The notes under the pieces: model-generated | Database searches by the model: none | The model's input: the letters and a program-made list of their open reading frames with translations, nothing else | What the model was told of the DNA's origin: nothing | DNA from: an uncultured bacterium | GTDB taxonomy: Bacteria; Spirochaetota; UBA4802; UB4802 | Direction of reading: 5' to 3' | Length of the DNA: 64,000 bases | Assembly (NCBI GenBank): GCA_937920495.1 | Contig: CALEUQ010000025.1 | Coordinates: 2,174 to 66,173, forward strand | Translations under genes and position numbers: made by a program | Shown: positions 19,859-28,851 of the stretch, piece after piece | Numbering within the stretch: the first letter of the stretch is position 1 | Layout: each line of letters starts with the position of its first letter

Positions 19859-20800
19859 CTAGCTCTGTCTGTAGTTTTCAAGATATATTTTAATATCGGA
19901 TTGTGCTCTTCGGGTAACAATCCATTTTTTAAACTGTTCTCCCATGTTACGCTGATACAGCATATTTAAAATTCTGTCCTGCACTGTTTCAAACGATGTG
20001 GGACGGGAATTTATTAATTTTACTATAGCATATCCTGTTTGCGCTTTTATGACTGTTGATATTTCGCCGGGTTTTTTCATCCTGTAAACGGTATTTGCTA
20101 TATACGGGTCCATTTCGGCAAGTGCAACCCATCCCATATCCCCACCATTCTTTGCGCTTGGGTCTTCGGAATATTGTGATGCAAGTTTTTCAAATGATTC
20201 GCCTTTTAAAATGCGGTCGCGTATCTGATTTATAAGTTCATTAGCACGCTTTTCTTCGGCAAAACTTGAATTTTTTGGCCGTATAACTATTTGCTTGATA
20301 TGGACTTCATTCCCTAATTTATTTTTATTCTCTTTATACCACTGATATGCTTCTTCCCGTGATGGTGGCGAGACGCCTATCGCAAGCGAAACAAGCATTT
20401 CGGTTAACAGGCTTTGACGTATTTCTTCTTTATATTCTTCAAAACTGATACCTTCTTTTTCCTCAATCATCTTTTTAAAAACATCCACGGAAGGTATCTT
20501 CTGGGATTTCATGATGTTGTTGATGTGTGACATCACCTTTTCATCGCTTATAATTATTGCCTGTTCGCGGGCTTCCTGTTCAATCAGAGCTCTTTCAATA
20601 AGGTTGTCAAGGATAGGATGCAGTTCTTCAGGCTTTTTAGGGGTTTGCTTTTTGGTAACCACCTGATAGCGACGCATCAGTTCGCTCTGGATTATGGCAG
20701 TATCGTTAACAACGGCAATTACTCTGTCAAAAGTTTCCCAGGCTATAGCAGGTACAGCTGTAACGATGGTTACAATGATGATGCATAGTTTTTTTATCAT
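19859..20800 (-). CDS. SurA-like periplasmic chaperone / parvulin PPIase
   Basis: It has a signal peptide, a SurA N-domain and a parvulin motif (GGDMGWV...). Confidence 0.7.
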   Translation of the reverse strand: MIKKLCIIIVTIVTAVPAIAWETFDRVIAVVNDTAIIQSELMRRYQVVTKKQTPKKPEELHPILDNLIERALIEQEAREQAIIISDEKVMSHINNIMKSQKIPSVDVFKKMIEEKEGISFEEYKEEIRQSLLTEMLVSLAIGVSPPSREEAYQWYKENKNKLGNEVHIKQIVIRPKNSSFAEEKRANELINQIRDRILKGESFEKLASQYSEDPSAKNGGDMGWVALAEMDPYIANTVYRMKKPGEISTVIKAQTGYAIVKLINSRPTSFETVQDRILNMLYQRNMGEQFKKWIVTRRAQSDIKIYLENYRQS

Positions 20801-20804
20801 TGAG

Positions 20805-21599
20805 CTATCCTATAATGAGTTTTTCAATGGGGACATCATGCCCGTTAAAGAATAATTTCTTTAAACTTTGCATGGTTTCGGTGATGTCCGACGCATATAG
20901 CTCTATTGTGCCTGATGGTGAATTATTTGCAAGATTTTTTTTTGTTAAAATTTCTTTTACTTCTCTGGCTATTTCTTCGCCTGTATCAACCAGATCAAGC
21001 TGTGGATATATATCATGTATGGTTTTTTTTAGTATTGGGAAATGGGTACAGCCTAAGATGAGGGTTTTCATATTTTGCTCTATCATGTGTTGTAGATACC
21101 GCTGTATGGTTAGCCGTGTCACTTCATCTTCAATCCAGCCTTCTTCGATGAGCGATACCAGCAGGGTGGCATGTTGCTGTAGTACAGTGATGTTGGGATT
21201 TAGTGCATGTATTGCTTTTTCATACGATCTGCTGCTCACAGTGGCGCGAGTACCGATAACGCCAATCAAATTGTTGTGAACACGTTTACATGCTGCACGG
21301 GCACCAGCGTTAATAACGCCAATGATGGGGATGGAATTTTCTTGCTGTAGCACAGGAAGAGCAGCTGCGGATGATGTATTGCATGCTATCACAATCATTT
21401 TAACATTTCGTGAAAGAAGGTATGATGTAATCTGCCGTGCATAACGGATAAGAGTTTCCGCTGAGCGTGTACCATAGGGAAAACGAGCTGTATCACCAAA
21501 ATAGATAAGATTTTCTCCAGGCAAAAGCTGATTGATAGCTTTACATACAGTCAGCCCGCCAATTCCAGAGTCAAATATGCCAATGGGTCGTGAATCCAT
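20805..21599 (-). CDS. murI: glutamate racemase
   Basis: It has the IGIFDSGIGGLTV and IVIACNTSSA motifs. Length is 264 aa. Confidence 0.9.
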   Translation of the reverse strand: MDSRPIGIFDSGIGGLTVCKAINQLLPGENLIYFGDTARFPYGTRSAETLIRYARQITSYLLSRNVKMIVIACNTSSAAALPVLQQENSIPIIGVINAGARAACKRVHNNLIGVIGTRATVSSRSYEKAIHALNPNITVLQQHATLLVSLIEEGWIEDEVTRLTIQRYLQHMIEQNMKTLILGCTHFPILKKTIHDIYPQLDLVDTGEEIAREVKEILTKKNLANNSPSGTIELYASDITETMQSLKKLFFNGHDVPIEKLIIG

Positions 21600-21629
21600 A
21601 ACAGTTGATTAATTCTATTATAAAATATA

Positions 21630-23225
21630 TTACTGTGCTGTATTTTTTCTGGTTTTTAAAAGCATGTATTCTATGCCATCTACCAGTGCCTGCCATGAAG
21701 CTTCAATGATATTGGTAGAAACACCAACAGTACCCCAGTGTTCGGTATGTCGTTTTTGATCAATAAGTACACGAACAGATGAACCAGTTCCATCTTTTTC
21801 GTTCAGTACGCGTACCTTATAGTCAGAAAGCTGCAATTCTCTTATTTCAGGATAAAAACTTTCCAGAGCCTTGCGTAATGCATTATCCAGTGCTTGTACC
21901 GGGCCATTTCCATTTGCCGCAGTATGTTCAATCTGGCCGTCAACTTCAACCTTTATGGTAGCTTCGCACGTAACCTTGCCTGATTCATCCTTTTCAGTAA
22001 TTACTCTAAAGCCTTTTAATGTAAAAAATGGTGCGTATTCACCATTGCTTCGCCGTATTAATAATTCAAAAGAGCCTTCCGCAGCTTCAAACTGAAATCC
22101 CTGATCTTCAAGGTCTTTGATACGCCGTAGTATTTTTTCTGGCAATTCAATTTTATTCAAGGAAATACCAAGTTCCTTTGCTTTTACCTGAATATTGCTT
22201 TTGCCTGCCAGCTCTGAAATAAGAACTTTGCGTCTGTTGCCTACAAGTTCGGGATTTATATGTTCATAGGTGGATGTATTGCGCTTTAAGGCTGATACGT
22301 GGATGCCGCCTTTATGGGCAAATGCATTATCGCCCACATAAGGGGCGCGTTCATTATGTGCCAGATTTGCTATTTCACTGATATAGCGGCTTGTTTCAGT
22401 TAAATGATGCAATGATTCGGCAGCATTACAATGGTAACCTAATTTAAATACAAGATTGGGGAGCAGGGCAGTAAGGTCACAGTTGCCGCAGCGTTCACCA
22501 TATCCGTTGATTGTTCCCTGTACAGAAATTGCGCCACTTAATACAGCAGCTATGCCATTGGCAACAGCTACTCCTGCATCATTGTGGTGATGTACACCAA
22601 CAGGAGTTTTGAATGCGGAACACACTGTACCTGTTATAGTGCTGATTTCATGGGTTAATGTGCCACCATTGGTATCACACAATACCAGCATATCAACACC
22701 TGCTTTTTGGGCACTTTCCAGAACTTTCATAGCATAATCAGGATTGGCTTTAAAACCATCATAGAAATGTTCAGCATCTAAAAATACTTCAAAACCTTTA
22801 TCCTTTAAATATGCAACAGTATCATATACTAATGCTAAATTTTCTTCAAGGCTTATGTGTAATGCATCGGTAACATGAAAATCCCATGATTTAGCTACAA
22901 TAGTGAGGGTAGGCGCGCCAGAATTAATAAGTTCCTGTAACAGGGTATCTTCAGTTAATTTCATCTTAGGACGTTTGGTTGAGCCAAAGGCAGCTATTAT
23001 GGAATGTTGCAGATTGGCTTTTCGTATCTCAGAAAAAAATATATTATCTTTGGGGTTGGAACCTGGCCAGCCACCTTCAATATAATCTATTCTAAGCTTG
23101 TCTAATTCCAGTGCAATCCGTATTTTATCCTGCAGGGAAAACGAGATCCCAAATGTTTGTGCACCATCCCGTAATGTGGTGTCATACAGTATAATGTGTT
23201 TTTTCTCAGTATCCATATCTGTCAA
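21630..23225 (-). CDS. 2-isopropylmalate synthase / (R)-citramalate synthase family (long form with C-terminal regulatory domain)
   Basis: It has the LYDTTLRDGAQ and HxH (GVHHHND) metal ligands and a LeuA dimerisation/regulatory C-terminus. Length is 531 aa. Confidence 0.85.
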   Translation of the reverse strand: MTDMDTEKKHIILYDTTLRDGAQTFGISFSLQDKIRIALELDKLRIDYIEGGWPGSNPKDNIFFSEIRKANLQHSIIAAFGSTKRPKMKLTEDTLLQELINSGAPTLTIVAKSWDFHVTDALHISLEENLALVYDTVAYLKDKGFEVFLDAEHFYDGFKANPDYAMKVLESAQKAGVDMLVLCDTNGGTLTHEISTITGTVCSAFKTPVGVHHHNDAGVAVANGIAAVLSGAISVQGTINGYGERCGNCDLTALLPNLVFKLGYHCNAAESLHHLTETSRYISEIANLAHNERAPYVGDNAFAHKGGIHVSALKRNTSTYEHINPELVGNRRKVLISELAGKSNIQVKAKELGISLNKIELPEKILRRIKDLEDQGFQFEAAEGSFELLIRRSNGEYAPFFTLKGFRVITEKDESGKVTCEATIKVEVDGQIEHTAANGNGPVQALDNALRKALESFYPEIRELQLSDYKVRVLNEKDGTGSSVRVLIDQKRHTEHWGTVGVSTNIIEASWQALVDGIEYMLLKTRKNTAQ

Positions 23226-23339
23226 TTAAAAATTATAGTATAAAGATAAATATATTACATTTTATTATATACTACAAATATTATTAAATGATTTTATCAT
23301 AAGTGTTATATTTTTTTGCATTTTGCCATTAAATCAAGG

Positions 23340-23438
23340 GTAATGCATTCAAATAACGTTTTACACCCCTGCCGAAAGCAGCGGGGATGTACACTATGTT
23401 TATTATGTTCACAAATTTTATTTAAGGAATAAATCGTG
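23340..23438 (-). repeat. repeat family A, copy 3 (inverted orientation)
   Basis: The reverse complement gives cacgatttattccttaaataaaatttgtgaacata...GC hairpin (ttacacccctgccgaaagcagcggggatgtacac at 23361-23394). The tail beyond the hairpin is diverged or truncated. Confidence 0.65.
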
Positions 23439-23689
23439 CAAGCTATTTTTTTCAATTTAAAACAATTTACCTGTATTTTACTATTTATTCCTAAACGATG
23501 ATTTGCGAACTAAATATCGAATAGAGTAAGCCTCACGCCTTCGGCTACGGCAATATTCACAAAATAATTTAAAAAAACAATTCGTGCTTGTATTTTATAA
23601 TAACTATTTAATATTATGTGTATAGTAATACCATAACAGGTTTTGTTACTTTTTATACAGGTTTAAAGTTGGAAAGTTTGCTATAATTA

Positions 23690-24838
23690 TTGCCAGTATT
23701 GGATATGAAACAGATCAGAACATATAATTACACACAAAAACCAAAAAAATGGATTACGTTGCTATATAGTATGTTAACACTTTTAATAATTACTTTCCCG
23801 CTGGTTATCTATATATTCATTTATCATATTAGTAGCCATTTAATCTCGGTGCCGTTGTATATTTTTTTATTTATACTTTTTATTATTACATTAGGCATAG
23901 GTATTTATACCACAATACGTTTTTTAATTTATGCTACAAGGGAGATAGTAACCAGTAAATATGAACTGGCATTAAAAGATGTCATTATCCAGCATACAGA
24001 TGAAATTATAATCCTGCTTGATATGTTTGGTAAAATATTGAGCATTAATCCTTCTCTGACAGCAATTCTTAAATATGATAAGGAAGAAATTATTAATCAG
24101 CCTTTCAGAATCATTTTATATGAAAAATCGTTTGAAGACTCAATACGATTACGTGACCTTTTGCTAAGCAGATTCAGGGATGTCTTTAAAGGGTATGAGG
24201 CTGAGATAGTATTGCCGTGCAAGGTTCAACACTATTCAGAAATTAAATCAATAGCATTTAAATTAATTCCTGTGTTTCAGGATAACAATTTACAGTATAT
24301 TCTGGCAATAGGGAGAGTTATACAGTCTGATTTTCTTACCAGTAACTATCTAAAAACTGAATATGCAGAGTTTATTATAGATAATAATATACGGATGGTC
24401 AACCTGTTGTCGTACCGACTTACACGCAACCTGGAACCGTATCTGGACAAGCGTGAAATTATCCGTATTCAGCTGGGATTGCAGGAAGCCATTATTAATG
24501 CAATAGAGCATGGTAATTTAGAGATAGATTTTGAAACAAAAAGCAGACTAAAAAAATTGGAAGGCAATTACTGGGATCATGTACTTGATATATGCAATAA
24601 AGACAATTTAGAAAAAAGAAAAATTAAGGTAGAGTACCATCTGTCTGCTAACGGGGTGAAATATATCATTAGAGATGAAGGGAAAGGTTTTGACTGGAAA
24701 CAATATGTTGCTGCTACTCCTAATGGCAATTTGATAGACAATTATCATGGTGTTGGATTGACCATGTTGCAGGATATATTTGAAGTGTCTTTTAATGAAA
24801 ACGGCAATGAAATAACATTAGTAAAACATTTTGCATAA
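23690..24838 (+). CDS. membrane-anchored sensor with PAS-like domain and C-terminal RsbW/SpoIIAB-like HATPase (partner-switching Ser kinase) domain
   Basis: It has 2-3 N-terminal TM helices. The C-terminus has LQEAIINAIEHGN (N-box-like) and GVGLTMLQDIF (G-box-like). Confidence 0.5.
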   Translation: MPVLDMKQIRTYNYTQKPKKWITLLYSMLTLLIITFPLVIYIFIYHISSHLISVPLYIFLFILFIITLGIGIYTTIRFLIYATREIVTSKYELALKDVIIQHTDEIIILLDMFGKILSINPSLTAILKYDKEEIINQPFRIILYEKSFEDSIRLRDLLLSRFRDVFKGYEAEIVLPCKVQHYSEIKSIAFKLIPVFQDNNLQYILAIGRVIQSDFLTSNYLKTEYAEFIIDNNIRMVNLLSYRLTRNLEPYLDKREIIRIQLGLQEAIINAIEHGNLEIDFETKSRLKKLEGNYWDHVLDICNKDNLEKRKIKVEYHLSANGVKYIIRDEGKGFDWKQYVAATPNGNLIDNYHGVGLTMLQDIFEVSFNENGNEITLVKHFA

Positions 24839-24926
24839 TGTGATAGTATCAACGCTCACGGGCTTTACCAGACACTTATGCTGCGTGAATTGTATATATT
24901 TGTTCTATTACTAAAAGGAGCTATCC

Positions 24927-25349
24927 ATGACAGGATACCGCAATCCGGTGCCAACAGTTGATATAATAATACTACTGGAAGATGAAAATGGGAATGTAAG
25001 GAGCGATGAAATTGTCCTGATTAAAAGGAAAAATCCACCATATGGTTGGGCATTGCCAGGTGGCTTTGTTGATTATGGTGAAACGTTAGAACAGGCAGCA
25101 GTACGTGAAGCAAAAGAAGAAACTTCATTAGATGTAACGTTGTTAAAGCAATTTCACACATATTCTGATCCATCACGGGATCCACGTGGGCATACCATTA
25201 CAACAGTATACATTGCAAAAGCAAAAGGAACACCACATGCCCAGGATGATGCCAGAGAAATTGGAATATTTAATATTAAAAATTTACCTCAACCTATTGC
25301 CTTTGACCATGCATCCATAATAAAGGATTATGAAAACAGAAAATATTAA
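24927..25349 (+). CDS. NUDIX hydrolase
   Basis: It has the Nudix box [24 protein letters not shown]. Confidence 0.85.
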   Translation: MTGYRNPVPTVDIIILLEDENGNVRSDEIVLIKRKNPPYGWALPGGFVDYGETLEQAAVREAKEETSLDVTLLKQFHTYSDPSRDPRGHTITTVYIAKAKGTPHAQDDAREIGIFNIKNLPQPIAFDHASIIKDYENRKY

Positions 25350-25364
25350 TTGTAAGGGAGCATT

Positions 25365-27536
25365 ATGGAATTTTCTTACAACGTAGTGAAACTTACTGGA
25401 ATTGCAATTGATGCGCTGGCAAAGTTCAGCAAGGCAGATATACGAGTGCATGATGCTGAAAGGATTCCTAAAGCACCTGTTGTGTTTGTTGTAAATCATT
25501 TCACACGCATGGAAACATTCTTTTTGCCTAATGTAATTCACAAAATTACAGGGAAGTATATCTATTCACTGGCTCACTACAGCTTTTTTACCGGCGCATT
25601 TGGTAAATTTATGGAAAAGGTGGGGGCTGTCTCAACCAAAGATCCCATGCGAGATACAAAATTTATTGGTGCATTGCTGCGAGGTGACGTTGATTGTATA
25701 ATATTTCCTGAAGGGCAGATGGTGAAAGATAAAAAGCTTGTTGAACGCGGAAAATATATGGTGTATAATTCCGGGATCAGACGTCCTCCTCACACTGGTG
25801 CGGCGTACATCGCTTTGCGGGCACAATTCTATAGAGAGGAGCTTAAAAGTTGCAATGCACGCAATGCCTGTGATGATCTTAACAGCCTGATGTCGCACTT
25901 TGGAATATCTCAACAGGAACTATCGCACATAATAAACCAGGAAACGTATATTGTACCGGTCAACATTACCTATTTCCCAATCAGGGCTCGCAATAATATA
26001 ATAAATAAAATTGCACACAAGCTGGTGAAAGGGCTGCCTGAGCGTGTTGAAGAGGAACTGGAAGTTGAAGGGACTATGCTTGTAGAAGGTGTAGATATTG
26101 ATATTAATTTTGGCAATCCCATTGCAATAAGCCCGTATTTGAAGAGCTATCTGGCAAAACAAAAAATTGAAAACAAGAGATTATATTTAGATCCCAGAGA
26201 ATTGCAATCTGATGTGTTGCTCAGGAAAATAGCTATTGATATTATGTACAGGTATATGCGTGATATTTATGCTATGACAACACTTAATCATGACCATATA
26301 TTTTCATATCTTTTAGCTAAAACCAAAAGCAGCATCAAAGAAACTGATTTTAAAACAAAAGCGTATTGTGCTATAGAAGCTATAAAGAAATTAAAGCTTG
26401 CCACATGTCACACATCACTCCAGCTGAAACAGGGATATCTGTTAACTGATGATCCACATGGAAGATATAATGATTTTATTGATGCAGCAAAATCTGAAGG
26501 GTTGATCTCAATTAAGGATGGGATTATATACAAAAATAAAGAGAAATTTTCCAGATTGTATGAATTCCACACTATACGGAAAGATAATATCGTTGAAGTA
26601 TTAAAAAATGAGATTGAACCTTTGACGCAGGTAGTGCGCAGGCTTAACAGAGTATTCTTTACACCAATGTTTTGTATAAAAAGAAGTCTGGTGAAAAGTT
26701 TTTATAAAAAAGATAGGGAGATATTTGAAAAGGACTATAAAGAATTTTTTAAACAGGGAGAAACAAAACCAAAGCACATTGGTATGCCCTGGTATAAAAA
26801 AAGATTGTTTGCACATACAGGTGTTGTGCTTGTGCATGGATATATGGCAGCGCCAGAGGAGATGCGTCAGATAGCTTTATATCTTTATGCGCAGGGCTAT
26901 ACGGTGTATTGCACACGGTTGCGTGGCCATGGAACAACGCCTGAGGATCTTTCAACGCGAAGATGGGAAGAATGGTATGAGTCTGTAAACAGGGGATACA
27001 TAGTGGTGAAAAACAGTGCCAAAAAAGTGTTTATATGCGGATTTTCTACTGGAGCGGGGCTTACACTTTTACATGCTGCCAATAAAAAGAATGCACTGCA
27101 GGGAGCTATAGCTATCAGTGCTCCTTTCAGGCTGCAGAATATTGCAGCCGGGCTGGCGCCAGTGGTGGATACCTGGAACAAATTTCTTTCTTTTTTGAAG
27201 ATAAAAAAGATTGGCAGATTAGATTTTATTCCCAATCATCCTGATAATCCCGATATAAATTATTTGCGTAATCCCGTGAGTGGCATTCATCAGATGGAAT
27301 CTTTGATGGACCTTGTAGAAAAGAGACTATCTGATATCACAATACCGGTTTTGATCATGCAGGGTGCAGGGGATAAAACAGTGGATCCCAGAGGAGCTTT
27401 TGAAATATTCATGAAAATCCATTCGGAAAAAAAGGAATTTATCATGGTGCACTCACAAAGTCATGGAATTACGCGTGGTAAGGAAGGAGAAGTGGTTGCA
27501 CGAAGGGTTGCAGCATTTATTAAGGATTATGAATAG
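25365..27536 (+). CDS. fusion of PlsC-type acyltransferase (N) and alpha/beta-hydrolase lysophospholipase-like domain (C)
   Basis: The N-terminus has NHFTRME (an H-x4-D/E variant) and FPEGQM, the PlsC motifs I and III. The C-terminus has GFSTGAG (GxSxG), a QGAGDKTVD Asp and an HSQSHG His. Confidence 0.65.
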   Translation: MEFSYNVVKLTGIAIDALAKFSKADIRVHDAERIPKAPVVFVVNHFTRMETFFLPNVIHKITGKYIYSLAHYSFFTGAFGKFMEKVGAVSTKDPMRDTKFIGALLRGDVDCIIFPEGQMVKDKKLVERGKYMVYNSGIRRPPHTGAAYIALRAQFYREELKSCNARNACDDLNSLMSHFGISQQELSHIINQETYIVPVNITYFPIRARNNIINKIAHKLVKGLPERVEEELEVEGTMLVEGVDIDINFGNPIAISPYLKSYLAKQKIENKRLYLDPRELQSDVLLRKIAIDIMYRYMRDIYAMTTLNHDHIFSYLLAKTKSSIKETDFKTKAYCAIEAIKKLKLATCHTSLQLKQGYLLTDDPHGRYNDFIDAAKSEGLISIKDGIIYKNKEKFSRLYEFHTIRKDNIVEVLKNEIEPLTQVVRRLNRVFFTPMFCIKRSLVKSFYKKDREIFEKDYKEFFKQGETKPKHIGMPWYKKRLFAHTGVVLVHGYMAAPEEMRQIALYLYAQGYTVYCTRLRGHGTTPEDLSTRRWEEWYESVNRGYIVVKNSAKKVFICGFSTGAGLTLLHAANKKNALQGAIAISAPFRLQNIAAGLAPVVDTWNKFLSFLKIKKIGRLDFIPNHPDNPDINYLRNPVSGIHQMESLMDLVEKRLSDITIPVLIMQGAGDKTVDPRGAFEIFMKIHSEKKEFIMVHSQSHGITRGKEGEVVARRVAAFIKDYE

Positions 27537-27561
27537 GTAAACATATATATACACTGCAATG

Positions 27562-28818
27562 TTACAATCTATACGATACGCCTGCTCCTGCCGTGATATT
27601 CCATGATGTAGATTTTGTTTTTGCGTCTAAAGAGATCGTATCTTCTGCATGATAATATGATTCAAACGAGCCGTTTGTTATAAGTACTAAAGTGGAAATT
27701 ACTACTGTGGAAGATAGTGAGTAATTGCTGCCAAAAGTTATTAAAACAAGATTAAATGTACCTTTTCCCTTACTTTTAGAACTACCGGCGGTATTGATAA
27801 AATGGAAAAATGAAACACCTGCCATGCAGTCTAACTTTTCTGTGAAAGCATAATGCAGACCACCTTTAAAGCTCATAATTGAATCATTGTGGATAGTATT
27901 TATTGAATGCTTTATAGCTGGCATCGGGTTATCAGTTACTTCTATATTTGTATCAGTATATGATGATGGTAAAATTATTCCAAATTCAAGTGCTATACCA
28001 ATTTGTGGCAAAATTTGCGCATAACCACCTGCCATAATCTGCGGTCCTTCGTTCTGTTGAATATCAAAGCTGTCGCTGTAAGACAGGTCAGTTGTGCTAA
28101 AGTCAGCATCTACTTTGTTCTTTACACATTTTAGAGTGGATGGAGTAATACGTAATCCCACCTGTGAATCTTTGCTTGTTAGTAAAAATCCTAAGGAAGG
28201 CTGCATTATGACACCATATTTGAGCTTGGTGTAGGAATAATCAGTGCCAAGCGAATTTTTCTTGTTAGTGTTTTCATTTGAGAAAAATGGTGTTATTGCC
28301 AGTTGAATACCTGCATAGTTGTTATCTGTAAGCTTCCATCCATAGGCAACACTAAGTGTAGGACTCAGCTCGTCAGTTGTGGTAGATTCTGTTTGTTCCA
28401 CAACAGGTGGGATATTAACAACAAGTTTTTGAGTATCTTTTTTTCTTGTATACATATTGTCTTTTGATGAAATGCTATATCCAAATACACCGTTACCGAT
28501 AGGCTGTGCATATCCAGCAAAAAGTGAAAAGGCATAGTATTTATCGTTTTCTTGATTTATAGACTGTATATTCAATCCTGATGCGTGGAATTCAGGGTTT
28601 GTATCCTGATGATAGTAGATGTTTCCCATAAGGTACAATGATACTGATGCGTAAGAAAGGGTGCCAAGCAGCGCAGGGTTGCGGGTGGTATCGATAGCGC
28701 CTTCAGATGTGACTGTTGAAATGCCCCCCATTGCAGTACCTAAAATCTGTGCACTGGCATGTACGGAAAAACTCACTATACACAAAACAAGCAATATTTT
28801 TTTCACAGGCAGATCCAC
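27562..28818 (-). CDS. FadL/TodX-family outer-membrane transporter of hydrophobic compounds (putative)
   Basis: It has a signal peptide, an NPA motif in the N-terminal hatch region (TRNPALL), and a beta-barrel composition. Length is 418 aa. Confidence 0.45.
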   Translation of the reverse strand: MDLPVKKILLVLCIVSFSVHASAQILGTAMGGISTVTSEGAIDTTRNPALLGTLSYASVSLYLMGNIYYHQDTNPEFHASGLNIQSINQENDKYYAFSLFAGYAQPIGNGVFGYSISSKDNMYTRKKDTQKLVVNIPPVVEQTESTTTDELSPTLSVAYGWKLTDNNYAGIQLAITPFFSNENTNKKNSLGTDYSYTKLKYGVIMQPSLGFLLTSKDSQVGLRITPSTLKCVKNKVDADFSTTDLSYSDSFDIQQNEGPQIMAGGYAQILPQIGIALEFGIILPSSYTDTNIEVTDNPMPAIKHSINTIHNDSIMSFKGGLHYAFTEKLDCMAGVSFFHFINTAGSSKSKGKGTFNLVLITFGSNYSLSSTVVISTLVLITNGSFESYYHAEDTISLDAKTKSTSWNITAGAGVSYRL

Positions 28819-28851
28819 TTTTTATTAATAAGTATCAGCTGTATAGAATAA

